A DNA stretch of 64,000 bases, from assembly GCA_029242935.1 (NCBI GenBank), contig JAQWSX010000006.1, forward strand, positions 3,319-67,318, read 5' to 3'. The notes below the pieces were generated by a model. The model was not told the DNA's origin. It was given only the letters and a program-made list of their open reading frames with translations, and ran no database searches. Source of the DNA: Akkermansiaceae bacterium. Lineage in GTDB: Bacteria; Verrucomicrobiota; Verrucomicrobiia; Verrucomicrobiales; Akkermansiaceae. Below, one piece after another: positions 10,011-20,201 of this stretch. The position numbers were made by a program, and so were the translations under genes. Position 1 is the stretch's first letter; every line of letters begins with the position of its first letter.

Positions 10011-10907
10011 ATGTCCAACCCTCGCCTTCATGAAATCATCTCCCGCTCCCTCCAAAAGCGTGAAAGTCTGCAAAACGGAGAAACGAGCCTAATCCGCTTG
10101 ATTGACGGGCAAGGCGATACCCTTCCCGGCCACATCCTTGAAAGCTACGGCAAAGGCTGGCTCATTTCAACAACCGGATCGAGTTTAAGCCCGGAGATCC
10201 GTGATGCCCTTTCAAGCTACGGAAAACCCCTTTACTGGAAAAGACTCGATCAGCATCAAAAGGAATCACCCGTCCACTTATACGGAGAAGAATTACCCGA
10301 GTTTTTCTCCGGTCTCGAAAACGGCCTCAAATGCCGACTCTCCTTTAAATCCGGCTACTCTCAGGGAATCTTCATTGATCAAAGGAACAACCGTGATGCC
10401 TTGCGAAAAATGGTCAGCCCAGGACAAACCGTCTTAAACACTTTCGCTTACACCGGATTCTTCTCAATCGCTGCAGCTGCAGCCGGGGCAGTCACCTCGA
10501 CCCTCGACCTCTCACAAGTTTACCTCGACTGGGCTCGCGAGAATTTCCTCCTCAACGGAATGAATCCCGGAGATCACTACTTTTGCAAAGGAGACACCTT
10601 CCACTGGCTCCGCCGCTTCGCTAAGCAAAACCGCACCTTTGACTACATCATTCTCGATCCACCCACTTTCTCACGGGACGACAAGGGTAAGGTTTTCCGT
10701 GTTGAAAAAGATTACAATCGACTCTTCGACCTCGCTATCGCCTGCCTCGCTCCCGGAGGCCGAATCCTAGCCTGCACCAATTTCCGTGGAATCAGTATTG
10801 ACGATTTCATGAAACAATTCAAAGGAGCACACCTCACGGCAAGCCCTATGCCTAAGGATTTCACAGACACTTCATATCTTAAATCAGTCTGGGCCACCTT
10901 CACCTAA
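10011..10907 (+). CDS. Class I SAM-dependent methyltransferase (RlmI/RlmK-like, COG1092 type)
   Basis: It has the SAM-binding block VLNTFAYTGFFSIAAAAAG and the IILDPPTFS motif. The start is taken at ATG 10011 (MSNPRLHEII). Confidence 0.75.
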   Translation: MSNPRLHEIISRSLQKRESLQNGETSLIRLIDGQGDTLPGHILESYGKGWLISTTGSSLSPEIRDALSSYGKPLYWKRLDQHQKESPVHLYGEELPEFFSGLENGLKCRLSFKSGYSQGIFIDQRNNRDALRKMVSPGQTVLNTFAYTGFFSIAAAAAGAVTSTLDLSQVYLDWARENFLLNGMNPGDHYFCKGDTFHWLRRFAKQNRTFDYIILDPPTFSRDDKGKVFRVEKDYNRLFDLAIACLAPGGRILACTNFRGISIDDFMKQFKGAHLTASPMPKDFTDTSYLKSVWATFT

Positions 10908-11118
10908 ATAATGATCCTAAATCTGGCCATTTTTTCAAATCGATTGATCCCTAATCCGGTCAACTGAGCAGGTAGCTACACGACTTCTAACACAATGCTT
11001 CTGGGGCTATAAAAAAAGCCAACCCATAATAGCACTCTGACGCATCAGAATCTAGGTCAACACAGCGAGTCAGAGTTAATCTGCTTGTATCACCCCAAGT
11101 CACAAAGAAGGCAGGCCG

Positions 11119-11142
11119 AAATCCTGTGACAAATCCTGTGAC
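11119..11142. repeat. Perfect tandem duplication, 2 x 12 nt (aaatcctgtgac)
   Basis: I read it directly: 11119-11130 and 11131-11142 are identical. It lies in the noncoding stretch 3' of tRNA-Phe. Confidence 0.9.
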
Positions 11143-11240
11143 CCAAATGGTTCCCACTAAGCCCCCCTCTTTGCATCTTAATCATGGATTCAAATGCCAA
11201 AAAAACGCGCACATTGGAACCCTCTAGCCACTTAAAAGAG

Positions 11241-11316
11241 TGGTGGCTCATCCCGGAATCGAACCAGGGACACAAGGATTTTCAATCCTCTGCTCTACCA
11301 ACTGAGCTAATGAGCC
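11241..11316 (-). tRNA. tRNA-Phe (anticodon GAA), CCA encoded
   Basis: The minus-strand sequence is GGCTCATTAGCTCAGTTGGTAGAGCAGAGGATTGAAAATCCTTGTGTCCCTGGTTCGATTCCGGGATGAGCCACCA. It has a 7-bp acceptor stem (GGCTCAT/ATGAGCC), an anticodon stem GAGGA/TCCTT with loop TTGAAAA, and a GGTTCGATTCC T-arm. Confidence 0.95.
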
Positions 11317-11388
11317 ATACAATCTCTGTTGCGGGCGGGTGATAAGACGGTCCGAGAGACTTGGCAATATTAAATGACTCTGGAAGCC

Positions 11389-12477
11389 TCACTTTTTTCG
11401 ACCTCCTCCTTCGAGCAACTCCATGAACTGAGGCAGCACATTCAGGAAGAGAGAGTTCTTACCACCCCGCGACAGCTGGCTTGCGACCAAGCCAGCAGCC
11501 TCATCACAATCAGCAGGTCCACTAAAATCGACGCAGTGGTTCTCTGCGCAAATCGATTGGCAAAGGTGGGAATTTCCGGCCTCACGACTAATTCTTGCCT
11601 TGAAATTTGGCGCACCTATCTCCAATTCCGAAATTGGGGCGCCATCTTCATCCCAAATCAGTTCAGCAACAACCTGCCTACCTTCACGGGATTCCAAGAT
11701 GACCCGATCAGACTCCTGATATTGCACCGACCAGCCAGAACGCGTAATTACCCAGGCCAACATCTGAAGAGCCGCCATACGATGTTTCGACTGCGCTTTA
11801 ACTCGCACCCACTCAATATCGGGAATGGCCTTGTGGGCCATGGGGTCATCAAAAAGTCGGGCCACCGCCAGCCGATAAAAATAGCTTCTGGTCCACGATA
11901 GGTCCTGCGTCACCATTCCGCCTTTGGTGTCTTCGCGAGCCTTTAGTAAGCGCCGGAATCCTACCTTTGGATCATCCCAATTGGAGCTATCGAAAATCAG
12001 GCGGTTCAATAGACGATAGAGTCGCTCTTCAAAAAGCTCGCTAAACTCGCCCTGCCACCAAAAGACCAGCGGAAGATCACTGTTCAGATGCGCGAAAACA
12101 GTATTCCGAAGACGACCTAGAGACTTACCGTGAAGCAAAAACGAAACCTGTTCAGAACAGATCGACTTCTTGCCGTGCGCGAGGTGACAGTGAGCCGTAA
12201 TCCAAGACTCCACCTTCACCTCCGTCGCCTTACGATTCATCGCGATTAACACCGCTCGACATGCATTCTCTCGAGTGATTTCCTGAATCGTTTCCGAATT
12301 CTCCTGCAGCTTTGAAGGATCCTCGGTATAAACGAGGAAGTTCATCAAAGACGCATTGGTGCTCGCTTCATCGGCTTCCCATAGCTTCTTGAGTTCACCA
12401 TCGATGGCACCGACCTCAACCGGTATTCCGAGATTTCCCATGGAATTCAATATACTCATTTCTAGAGTCTCCTCCAA
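11389..12477 (-). CDS. opcA: Glucose-6-phosphate dehydrogenase assembly protein OpcA-like
   Basis: It lies immediately downstream of zwf and overlaps it by 16 nt. Its size (362 aa) and N-terminal pattern (IDGELKKLWEADEASTNASLMNFLVY) fit OpcA. Confidence 0.65.
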   Translation of the reverse strand: MEETLEMSILNSMGNLGIPVEVGAIDGELKKLWEADEASTNASLMNFLVYTEDPSKLQENSETIQEITRENACRAVLIAMNRKATEVKVESWITAHCHLAHGKKSICSEQVSFLLHGKSLGRLRNTVFAHLNSDLPLVFWWQGEFSELFEERLYRLLNRLIFDSSNWDDPKVGFRRLLKAREDTKGGMVTQDLSWTRSYFYRLAVARLFDDPMAHKAIPDIEWVRVKAQSKHRMAALQMLAWVITRSGWSVQYQESDRVILESREGRQVVAELIWDEDGAPISELEIGAPNFKARISREAGNSHLCQSICAENHCVDFSGPADCDEAAGLVASQLSRGGKNSLFLNVLPQFMELLEGGGRKK

Positions 12478-14018
12478 GTGCGCCCATCCATAGAGAGTAA
12501 TTCATCGGCCTCTCTCGGACCCCACGATCCGGCTGGAAATTTCGCAATCGGCAACTTCTCACCGCTATCTGCCCAAGCCTTATGAATCTTGTCAATAAAT
12601 CGCCACGCTTCCTCCACTTCATCACGACGCGCAAACAAGGTTGCGTCGCCCGCCATGGCATCAAGAAGGAGTCGTTCATAAGCTTCAGGGCTGCTCTTGC
12701 CGAAGCTGCTAGCGTAGTGAAAGTCCATTTTCACCGGTTCCATTCTTAGAGTGGTGCCTGGCAGCTTTGAATTCATCATAAGTGAAATCCCCTCATCTGG
12801 CTGAATCCGGATTACAAGCACATTACCTGTCGGAACGCCGCCAGGCATCGCGTTAAAAAGCACGCTAGGAGTCTCTTTGAAGTGAACTGAGATTTCAGTC
12901 GCCTTTTTGGGCAGACGCTTTCCTACTCGAACGTAAAAAGGAACTCCGCTCCACCGCCAGGTATCGACCATGCACCGCAGTGCAACATACGCTTCGGTCT
13001 CTGAATCCGAGTTCACCCGGTCTTCATCGCGATATCCAGGAACTTCCTTACCATTAATATTTCCAGCAACATACTGACCGCGAACAACATTTTGTGCGAC
13101 CAGCTCCGGCGTGTCCCACTGTCTGAGCGAACGAATTACTTTCACTTTTTCGTCACGAACTCCATCCGCCGTTAAATCGGTGGGAGGTTCCATCGCTACG
13201 AGACTTAGAAGCTGTAAAAGGTGATTCTGAACCATATCACGTAAGGCTCCGGCCTCATCGTAGTAACCACCACGTCCCCCTTCCATTCCAAGATGCTCGG
13301 CACAAGTAATTTGAATATGGTCAATGTGCTCCTTATTCCACATTGGTTCAAAAATCGCGTTAGCGAAACGAAGAACCATAATATTCTGCGCTGTCTCCTT
13401 CCCAAGGTAATGATCGATTCGGTAAGTGTCCTTTTCTTCAAAAGTCCCATTCACAACTTCGTTCAAATGCTGAGCCGTTTCCAATGTCGTGCCAAAAGGC
13501 TTCTCGACGATCACGCGTGACCAACAACCATCACAATCCGGACGCTCCTGGCTCAAACCTGCCTCTTTAAGATTCAAGAGAATATTATCAAAATACTCAG
13601 GCGCACTCGCAATGTAGAAAAGGCGATTTCCCTTTCCTCCACGTTCACGGTCGATCTCATCAAGTCGATCAGAAAGTCTCTTGTAGCCATCCGTATCTTG
13701 AAACTCACTTTGGTGGTATTCGATATTTGCCGCCAAACTTTCCCAAATCTCTTCATCATGCCCCGTGCGGGAGATCTGGCGATTTAACTTTTCAAGCCCC
13801 TCACAAAAAAATTCATCGGACCAGTCCCGTCGGGCAAAGCCGAGAATTTTTACCCCCGCAGGCAGCTCACCATCGATTGCCAGGTTATAAAGTGCAGGAA
13901 TTAGTTTACGGTGGGTCAAATCACCCGTAGCTCCAAAAATGACAACACTACATGCCTCGGCAAGATTGCGGGACACTAAATCCTCGCGAAATGGGTTATT
14001 CACGCCGCTTTTTCCCAC
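12462..14018 (-). CDS. zwf: Glucose-6-phosphate 1-dehydrogenase
   Basis: It has the NADP-binding motif VIFGATGDLTHRKLIPALYNL, plus EKPFG and the active-site motif RIDHYLGKE. The start codon is GTG at 14016-14018. Confidence 0.95.
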   Translation of the reverse strand: MGKSGVNNPFREDLVSRNLAEACSVVIFGATGDLTHRKLIPALYNLAIDGELPAGVKILGFARRDWSDEFFCEGLEKLNRQISRTGHDEEIWESLAANIEYHQSEFQDTDGYKRLSDRLDEIDRERGGKGNRLFYIASAPEYFDNILLNLKEAGLSQERPDCDGCWSRVIVEKPFGTTLETAQHLNEVVNGTFEEKDTYRIDHYLGKETAQNIMVLRFANAIFEPMWNKEHIDHIQITCAEHLGMEGGRGGYYDEAGALRDMVQNHLLQLLSLVAMEPPTDLTADGVRDEKVKVIRSLRQWDTPELVAQNVVRGQYVAGNINGKEVPGYRDEDRVNSDSETEAYVALRCMVDTWRWSGVPFYVRVGKRLPKKATEISVHFKETPSVLFNAMPGGVPTGNVLVIRIQPDEGISLMMNSKLPGTTLRMEPVKMDFHYASSFGKSSPEAYERLLLDAMAGDATLFARRDEVEEAWRFIDKIHKAWADSGEKLPIAKFPAGSWGPREADELLSMDGRTWRRL

Positions 14019-14254
14019 ACCCCGAACACCTTTTCAACCCCCAAGCATTTCTTTTATAGACCCGAGCTTAATAAAGTCGCCCGAATAGCAAAGTTTACAA
14101 CGCACCGACGCGCAGAGTTTAAGTAGCACACTTTCGGTTCAGAGCGTTCTTTATTAGGCATTTCGAAATTTTTGGGATTCAGGGAGAAATCAACTCCTTT
14201 CGATCTAAAGAAAGTCTTGCTTCCTCTTCCCTCCAAGGGCATTCCAGACCAGTT

Positions 14255-15208
14255 ATGCCATCTCAACTTGATAGCCTGAAACAATTTACAGTCGTGGTTG
14301 CTGATACGGGTGATTTCGCCTCGATGCAGGAATACCAACCCCAGGACGCGACAACTAATCCCTCGCTGATCTTACAGGCGGCCAGCAAACCCGAATACAG
14401 ATCTATTGTTGAAAAGGCAGTTGCTGAAAACAAGGATTCTAACCTCTCCGGGACCGCGTTGATTGAAGTAATCATGGATCGGGTCCTTATTCTTTTCGGC
14501 CTCGAAATTCTCAAGATCGTTCCGGGCCGCGTTTCTACCGAAGTCGATGCACGTCTTTCCTTCGATAAGGAAGCCACCATTGCCAAGGCTAAGCAACTCA
14601 TCGCAGCCTACGAAACCGAAGGCATCTCCCGTAGCCGCATTCTAATCAAGATTGCTTCAACCTGGGAGGGAATCAAGGCAGCTGAGGAGCTGGAAAAAGA
14701 AGGCATTCACTGCAATCTCACCCTTCTCTTCGCCTTCGCCCAGGCAGTGGCCTGTGCCGAAGCAGGAGTTCAACTCATCTCACCTTTCGTCGGGCGTATT
14801 TACGATTGGTTCAAGAAGGAAAACGGCGAGGATTACTCCGGAGATAACGACCCCGGAGTTCAGTCCGTCACCAAAATTTACAATTACTACAAAAAGTATG
14901 GCTACAAGACCGAGGTCATGGGTGCTTCTTTCCGTAACACTGGACAGATCACGTCGCTGACCGGTTGCGACCTTCTCACAATTTCTCCCGGTCTCCTCGA
15001 AGAGCTCCAGAACACTGATGGCCCCCTCGAACAGAAGCTCAACGAGAACTCTCCCGAATGCGATTTGAGGAAGATCTCTCTCGATGAGAAAGCATTCCGT
15101 TTTGAATTTAATGAGGACGCTATGGCCACTGAGAAAACTGCTCAGGGCATCCGGGCTTTCTCCGCTGATATCGTGAAGCTTGAGAAACTTATAGCGTCGA
15201 TGGTCTAG
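14255..15208 (+). CDS. tal: Transaldolase (TalB type)
   Basis: Motifs include [26 protein letters not shown] and the Schiff-base Lys context [12 protein letters not shown]. Confidence 0.93.
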   Translation: MPSQLDSLKQFTVVVADTGDFASMQEYQPQDATTNPSLILQAASKPEYRSIVEKAVAENKDSNLSGTALIEVIMDRVLILFGLEILKIVPGRVSTEVDARLSFDKEATIAKAKQLIAAYETEGISRSRILIKIASTWEGIKAAEELEKEGIHCNLTLLFAFAQAVACAEAGVQLISPFVGRIYDWFKKENGEDYSGDNDPGVQSVTKIYNYYKKYGYKTEVMGASFRNTGQITSLTGCDLLTISPGLLEELQNTDGPLEQKLNENSPECDLRKISLDEKAFRFEFNEDAMATEKTAQGIRAFSADIVKLEKLIASMV

Positions 15209-15228
15209 TAAATTTTCCCCTAACTTTT

Positions 15229-15261
15229 AAAAAGCCCTCATCGCCTGATGCGGGCTTTTTT
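15229..15261 (+). terminator. Rho-independent terminator after tal
   Basis: The hairpin is aaaaaGCCCtCATC-gcct-GATGcGGGCttttttt. The stem spans 15234-15242 paired with 15247-15255, with one T/C mismatch and a 4-nt loop. A T6 run follows. Confidence 0.7.
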
Positions 15262-15275
15262 GTGGCATCTTTGGA

Positions 15276-15590
15276 ATGGAGCTTTTGACTCATTTGGGGA
15301 TTTTCATTCTTGGATTAGTCTCAGGAAGTTTCGTCCTTTCCAATCCCATTTCATCACCCCCTTCCAGAAGGAGAAAAACAGATCAAGTAACCCTACCCAT
15401 ACCGGGCTCTATCCATGAAGAAGAATTCCCTTTTAGAGAAGTCATCGCAAAAAGTGGCTCTTCAATACCTAAGCCAACGAGATCACACCAAACTCGACTC
15501 GATTACGTTCAGGCTTCGGCCTTAGCCGTTTCAGGTCCACTGAGCGAGCACGGGGCGCCCCCGCATCAAAGAAATCGAGAATCAAAATAG
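15276..15590 (+). CDS. Weak hypothetical small membrane ORF; may not be coding
   Basis: It is the only ORF in a gap of about 580 bp. It has one N-terminal hydrophobic helix (HLGIFILGLVSGSFVL), and the rest is low-complexity with no family motif. Confidence 0.2.
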   Translation: MELLTHLGIFILGLVSGSFVLSNPISSPPSRRRKTDQVTLPIPGSIHEEEFPFREVIAKSGSSIPKPTRSHQTRLDYVQASALAVSGPLSEHGAPPHQRNRESK

Positions 15591-15789
15591 TCTCAGCTTT
15601 GTTTGAGGATGCCCTCCGAATTCAACGTGATAAGTCCCCAAACTTTTAATGTGAACGACCAAAGCTGGAGACATCTAACAAGAACCTCTCTTCTGAGGCG
15701 TCAGGGCGATCATTTAGAATGAGGAAGCCAAACTTGTAATTTCGCGGATTCTGAAAATCCCCGAAAGCAAGGAACGAGCCCCTTAAATC

Positions 15790-17058
15790 CTATACCGATC
15801 CTTTCAATTGCCCTTCACCTCGGACGCGATACTGATACGAAGTCAGCTCACGTAGCCCCATAGGCCCACGAGCGTGAAGTTTGTCAGTTGAAATTCCAAT
15901 CTCTGCCCCGAAACCAAATTCCTCGCCGTCACTAAACCTCGTAGAAACATTATGAAAGACGCAGGCCGAATCAATCCGGCAGAGAAAGGCCTCTGCAACA
16001 GCCACATCTTTCGTAACGATCACATCAGTGTGCTGAGAGCTATATTTGTTAATATGATCAATAGAGGCATCCATTGAAGGAACAACCTTTACCGCTAAAA
16101 TATAATCTAAATACTCTGTCCTCCAATCTTCCTCGGTAGCGACCTTAGCATCGATAATAGCACAAGTGGCTTCATCGCCCCGCAACTCAACATTTCTCTC
16201 CGTCAAAGCGGCAGCCACCCTAGGAAGAAATTCTGATGCTATTGCCTCATCAACCAATAGCGTCTCAAGTGCATTACAAACGCTTGGCTTCTGCGTCTTC
16301 GAATCAACGACGATTTTCACCGCCATTTCTAGATCAGCATCGGAATGAATATATGCGTGGCAGATACCATCGTAGTGTTTAATCACTGGCATACGGGCAA
16401 GGGAAACAACAGTTTCAATTAAACCTTTTCCACCCCTCGGAATGATTAGATCCAAATACTTATCCATCCCCGCCATCACCGCTACGCTCTCGCGATCGGC
16501 GAAAGGAATGAGCTGAATCGAACCCACCGGAAGACCTGCATCCTCGCCACCCGATTGCAAGGCATCGGCCAATGCTCGATTCGAATAAATAGCCTCGGAA
16601 CCACCGCGCAAGATGGTGGCATTCCCTGACTTCAAACAAAGGACCGCGGCATCACTCGTCACGTTTGGTCGACTCTCGTAAATGATACCGATCACCCCGA
16701 TTGGAACACGAAGTTTCTGAATTCGAATTCCATTAGGTCGATTCCATTCATCCAAACTTTCACCCACTGGATCAGGCAATGTTGCCACTTTTTCGACACC
16801 ACTAGCCACAGCCTCGAGCCGATCTGCATCAAGTCGGAGGCGGTCTAGCATCGCCAAAGTTAGGCCACGTTCTTCACCTGCCGCGATATCCTTGGTATTC
16901 GCTTCAAGAATTTCAGGAGCCGCCGCGCGAATCCCAGCAGCCATCGCTCTGAGAATTTCATTCTTCTTCTCTTCGGAAAGAATCGCCAACGCCAGAGCAG
17001 CCACCCGAGCTCTGCCTCCCATTTCGTAAACGTGATCTTTAATCTCTTCTCTGGTCAT
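15790..17058 (-). CDS. proA: Glutamate-5-semialdehyde dehydrogenase (gamma-glutamyl phosphate reductase)
   Basis: Motifs include IGVIGIIYESRPNVT, ILRGGSEA and the catalytic Cys context PSVCNALETLLV. The length (422 aa) is typical. Confidence 0.93.
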   Translation of the reverse strand: MTREEIKDHVYEMGGRARVAALALAILSEEKKNEILRAMAAGIRAAAPEILEANTKDIAAGEERGLTLAMLDRLRLDADRLEAVASGVEKVATLPDPVGESLDEWNRPNGIRIQKLRVPIGVIGIIYESRPNVTSDAAVLCLKSGNATILRGGSEAIYSNRALADALQSGGEDAGLPVGSIQLIPFADRESVAVMAGMDKYLDLIIPRGGKGLIETVVSLARMPVIKHYDGICHAYIHSDADLEMAVKIVVDSKTQKPSVCNALETLLVDEAIASEFLPRVAAALTERNVELRGDEATCAIIDAKVATEEDWRTEYLDYILAVKVVPSMDASIDHINKYSSQHTDVIVTKDVAVAEAFLCRIDSACVFHNVSTRFSDGEEFGFGAEIGISTDKLHARGPMGLRELTSYQYRVRGEGQLKGSV

Positions 17059-17105
17059 CGACGAAAAACCTAGCGCTCTTCGAGCAAGAAGGCACCGTTA
17101 AAAAA

Positions 17106-18440
17106 TCACCCTTCAAGAACTTTTTCGCCCTCACTCTTGGCGATCACGAGAGCCGCGCAACTGTCTCCAAAGACGTTCACCGCCGTCCGGGTCATATCGA
17201 GCAGTCGATCAACCGCCAGAAGTGCAACCACCGCCGTCTCGGCTCCCGGGATTTTGGAACTAGTGAGAATAATCATGATCGCCACGAGAGAGGCCGAGGG
17301 AATTCCAGCGACCCCAACACTTGTAAGCAAAGCACTAATGACTACCATAAATTGAGCCGCGACGGGCATATCGAAACCCATGACTTGCGCAACAAAGATG
17401 ACCGCAACACATTCGTAGAGCGCCGTTCCATCCATATTAACAGTAGCCCCAAGCGGAAGCGTAAAACTCGCCGTCGATTTGGAAACTCCAGCATTTTTTT
17501 GAATACACCTCATCGTAACCGGCAGAGTCGCTGAGGATGAAGCTGTCGAAAAGGCAGTCAGAAGCGCCGTCCGCATGGCCCTAAAATGATCCAGTGGATT
17601 CACACCCGCCAAGATCTTAATTACCAGCGGCATGACTACGAAGAGATGAATACCAAGTGCCAATAAAACGGTCACAAAATACTTAAATAAAGCCCCGTAA
17701 AGAGCACCTCCTGTTTTAAACACAACAGGGAGAAGAAGCGCGAAAACCCCGATAGGGGCCAAAGCCATAATCCATTGGGTCAAGACAATCATCACATCAT
17801 TCAATGAGACAAAAACATCTCGAATCGGTGAAACCTGCCGCAGCGGAAGACGGGTCATAGCAATCGCGAAAAGAAGACTAAAGAAAATCAGGCCGAGCAT
17901 CTGACCATTATTCATGGCAGCCGCAAATACGTTCGTTGGAACCATACGAACAAAAAAACCAGTTAATTGTTTTGCTATGCCACCTTGCTCTTCTCCCATT
18001 CCCTTCGCCACCTGCACTTTTTCCAGAGCAGCTTCGCCGGCAACATTTTCCTTGTGATCCTCAAATGCTAGCCGGATTTGCTCATTGGGACTACCATTGG
18101 TGAGTCCTGGCTGAATCACATTGACCAAAATCAATCCGAGGCAAATCGCCAGCAGACTAGTCAGCGCATAGAATCCCGCGGTTTTTCCTAACAGACGACC
18201 AAAGCCCTTCATTCCATGGAGGCTGGTGATCCCAGAAATCACGGAAGAGACGATCAAAGGCACAATAATCATTTTGAGAAGATTCAAGAACAACTTCCCG
18301 ACATCAGCCGAGAACGAAACAACGCCATTCGCAAAACCCTCAGCCTGACCACCATTAGCAGCAAGATTCCGAAAAATGAGCCCGGTGATCGTAGCGAGAA
18401 TCAAAGAAGCGAGGATCTGCCAATGAGGTTTAACTTTCAC
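17106..18440 (-). CDS. Dicarboxylate/amino acid:cation symporter (DAACS, GltP-like)
   Basis: It is a polytopic protein of 444 aa. It has DAACS-type blocks (SSSATLPVTM, NMDGTALYE, DRLLDMTRTAVNVFGD). Confidence 0.88.
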   Translation of the reverse strand: MKVKPHWQILASLILATITGLIFRNLAANGGQAEGFANGVVSFSADVGKLFLNLLKMIIVPLIVSSVISGITSLHGMKGFGRLLGKTAGFYALTSLLAICLGLILVNVIQPGLTNGSPNEQIRLAFEDHKENVAGEAALEKVQVAKGMGEEQGGIAKQLTGFFVRMVPTNVFAAAMNNGQMLGLIFFSLLFAIAMTRLPLRQVSPIRDVFVSLNDVMIVLTQWIMALAPIGVFALLLPVVFKTGGALYGALFKYFVTVLLALGIHLFVVMPLVIKILAGVNPLDHFRAMRTALLTAFSTASSSATLPVTMRCIQKNAGVSKSTASFTLPLGATVNMDGTALYECVAVIFVAQVMGFDMPVAAQFMVVISALLTSVGVAGIPSASLVAIMIILTSSKIPGAETAVVALLAVDRLLDMTRTAVNVFGDSCAALVIAKSEGEKVLEG

Positions 18441-18536
18441 CCAAGAAAGATATGACTTCCGACCCGCAACTCCAAGAAGGAAGCAAACTTGTTATCGATG
18501 GCCTCCATGAAGAGAGGCCTACGCAGTTCGCTGATT

Positions 18537-18752
18537 CTATTCTGACTTTCGTTCGGCAATCTCTAATTCAGAGTAAGGTTGATCACCAGCATCTCGTTTC
18601 CCCTCCCCAACTCGCATCAGATTCAAGCTTGCCAATATTAGCAATCCCGCAACCAGCAAAGTGGCAAGTAACGCAAATAGTGCTCGATGAAGTTTTCGCA
18701 GAGCCGATTTCATGTATTCACGATAACACTCTCTAATGTGAATAACTTTCAA
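18537..18752 (-). CDS. Possible small single-TM protein (hypothetical)
   Basis: The 71-aa ORF contains a clear TM helix (ALFALLATLLVAGLLILASL). It lies upstream of, and co-oriented with, the symporter gene. I have no family assignment. Confidence 0.25.
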   Translation of the reverse strand: MKVIHIRECYREYMKSALRKLHRALFALLATLLVAGLLILASLNLMRVGEGKRDAGDQPYSELEIAERKSE

Positions 18753-18830
18753 AGGTCGATATTTTAAGAACGCCGTGTTTGCTTCTCACAATCGTCCCGC
18801 TAGCCTCGCACTCGTTCCACGTTTTGATTC

Positions 18831-20192
18831 ATGCGTCGCTTCCTTCCGGCCCTCATCCTAACCATCATCGGTATCAGCTTGGCTGTGATCCTTGCATCGC
18901 GCGAAGCAGCAGTCGTTGGCGACCACCTCGTCGGCTTTCCGGATGATGACAAGACGGCCCATCTTTTACGACCAGCTGTCCTTTGCGCCCTATGCCTCGT
19001 CCCAGCCTTCGCGGCACTCTACTACGGTTTGGTTGGTTCGCTTGATCGCTATCTTATCCGATCCTTTATGGGTGCATTCACCCTTTGTTTCACAGCCCTT
19101 TTTTCGATTTGGTTGATTGGGGATCTCACCGAAAACATCTCGAACTTTCGGGGAAGCGGAAACACCCTCCACTTCATGGGAATGTATTATGGTGCAGCAT
19201 TTCCAAAATTCTTTGTCGACTTCGCTCCATTCGGACTTCTTCTCGCCATGCTTTACTCGCTGGGAAAGCTTTCACGGGGTCAAGAAATTGTTTCCATCAT
19301 TCAGACAGGGCGAGGTGTGGCCCGACTCATCGCACCACTCATCACGATGGGCTTTATGGTTGGGTTAGTTTGCCTCGGTTTCAATTATCGTTGGGCACCG
19401 GCAGCAGCTGCTTATCATGACGCTCTTCTGGAGGAAGCAAAAATGGGGTCGCTCAGCAGGGCCCGTAACGTGGTTTACTTCACTGAAGACAATCGCCGGC
19501 TTTGGTTCATTGGAGGTTTTCCCTATGACTATCACCAAGGAGAACCGCTTAAAAACATCATCGTCCGTTCCTTTTCCGAAAAAGGTTCCCCAGAATGGCG
19601 CCTCCGGGCGGAGAGAGCGGAATGGGATCGCCATAGTAATAACTGGACGTTTCACGGTGTTTCAAAATGGGACCTCACTAACCGGCTTAATACCAAAGAA
19701 TCCCCAATTGACCCAAAGCGTGACGTTGAATTACCTGATCCCTACGTCGTCGAAGTTTGGAGCGAAACTCCTTGGCAACTCATTAAACCAGGTCTTAAGG
19801 CAGAGGAATTAGGGATCCCCGGGCTCTACAGTTGGCTAGTTCAAAACCGCGAATCCGAATGGGGAAACAAGAGGCAATTCCTGACCCAGTGGCACTATCG
19901 CTGGGCCCAACCAGGAATCTGCCTCGCCATTGTTCTCCTCGCCGCGCCACTAGGAATTGTTTTTAGCCGGCGGGGTGCCGCAGGAGGTATCGCTCTCGCG
20001 ATTTTTATATGCTCCGGCATGATGTTTTCATCAACTGTCTTTCTCTCGCTTGGCGAGTCCGGATACATGCCACCTTTGTGGGCCGCCTGGGGAACCAACA
20101 TCCTTGCTACTGCAATGGCACTCGTCCTTATTCAGCGCCGACTTGTCGGGCGCCCGATTTATCAAACCTTAAGAACACTTATTCCAGCTTAA
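18831..20192 (+). CDS. LptF/LptG-family (YjgP/YjgQ) permease
   Basis: The topology is three TM helices, a periplasmic beta-rich insert, then three C-terminal TM helices. This pattern and the sequence around FMGMYYGAAFP...LSRGQEIVSIIQTGRG are typical of YjgP/YjgQ permeases. Confidence 0.75.
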   Translation: MRRFLPALILTIIGISLAVILASREAAVVGDHLVGFPDDDKTAHLLRPAVLCALCLVPAFAALYYGLVGSLDRYLIRSFMGAFTLCFTALFSIWLIGDLTENISNFRGSGNTLHFMGMYYGAAFPKFFVDFAPFGLLLAMLYSLGKLSRGQEIVSIIQTGRGVARLIAPLITMGFMVGLVCLGFNYRWAPAAAAYHDALLEEAKMGSLSRARNVVYFTEDNRRLWFIGGFPYDYHQGEPLKNIIVRSFSEKGSPEWRLRAERAEWDRHSNNWTFHGVSKWDLTNRLNTKESPIDPKRDVELPDPYVVEVWSETPWQLIKPGLKAEELGIPGLYSWLVQNRESEWGNKRQFLTQWHYRWAQPGICLAIVLLAAPLGIVFSRRGAAGGIALAIFICSGMMFSSTVFLSLGESGYMPPLWAAWGTNILATAMALVLIQRRLVGRPIYQTLRTLIPA

Positions 20193-20201
20193 ATCCACAA
20201 C

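Noticed and set aside
10908-11316. Genomic island or integrated element at tRNA-Phe
   Set aside because: There is no integrase, no duplicated tRNA 3' fragment (attR-like repeat) that I could find, and no cargo genes. I kept only the spacer itself as a low-interest observation.
11374-11901. 175-aa plus-strand ORF
   Set aside because: It is fully antisense to the OpcA-like gene, which is supported by its coupling to zwf. It has no motif of its own.
15525-15565. SRP/4.5S RNA suspected from a CAGGTCC string
   Set aside because: The conserved GGAAGGAAGCAGC-type domain IV sequence and a matching symmetric loop are absent. The resemblance is limited to a 7-mer.
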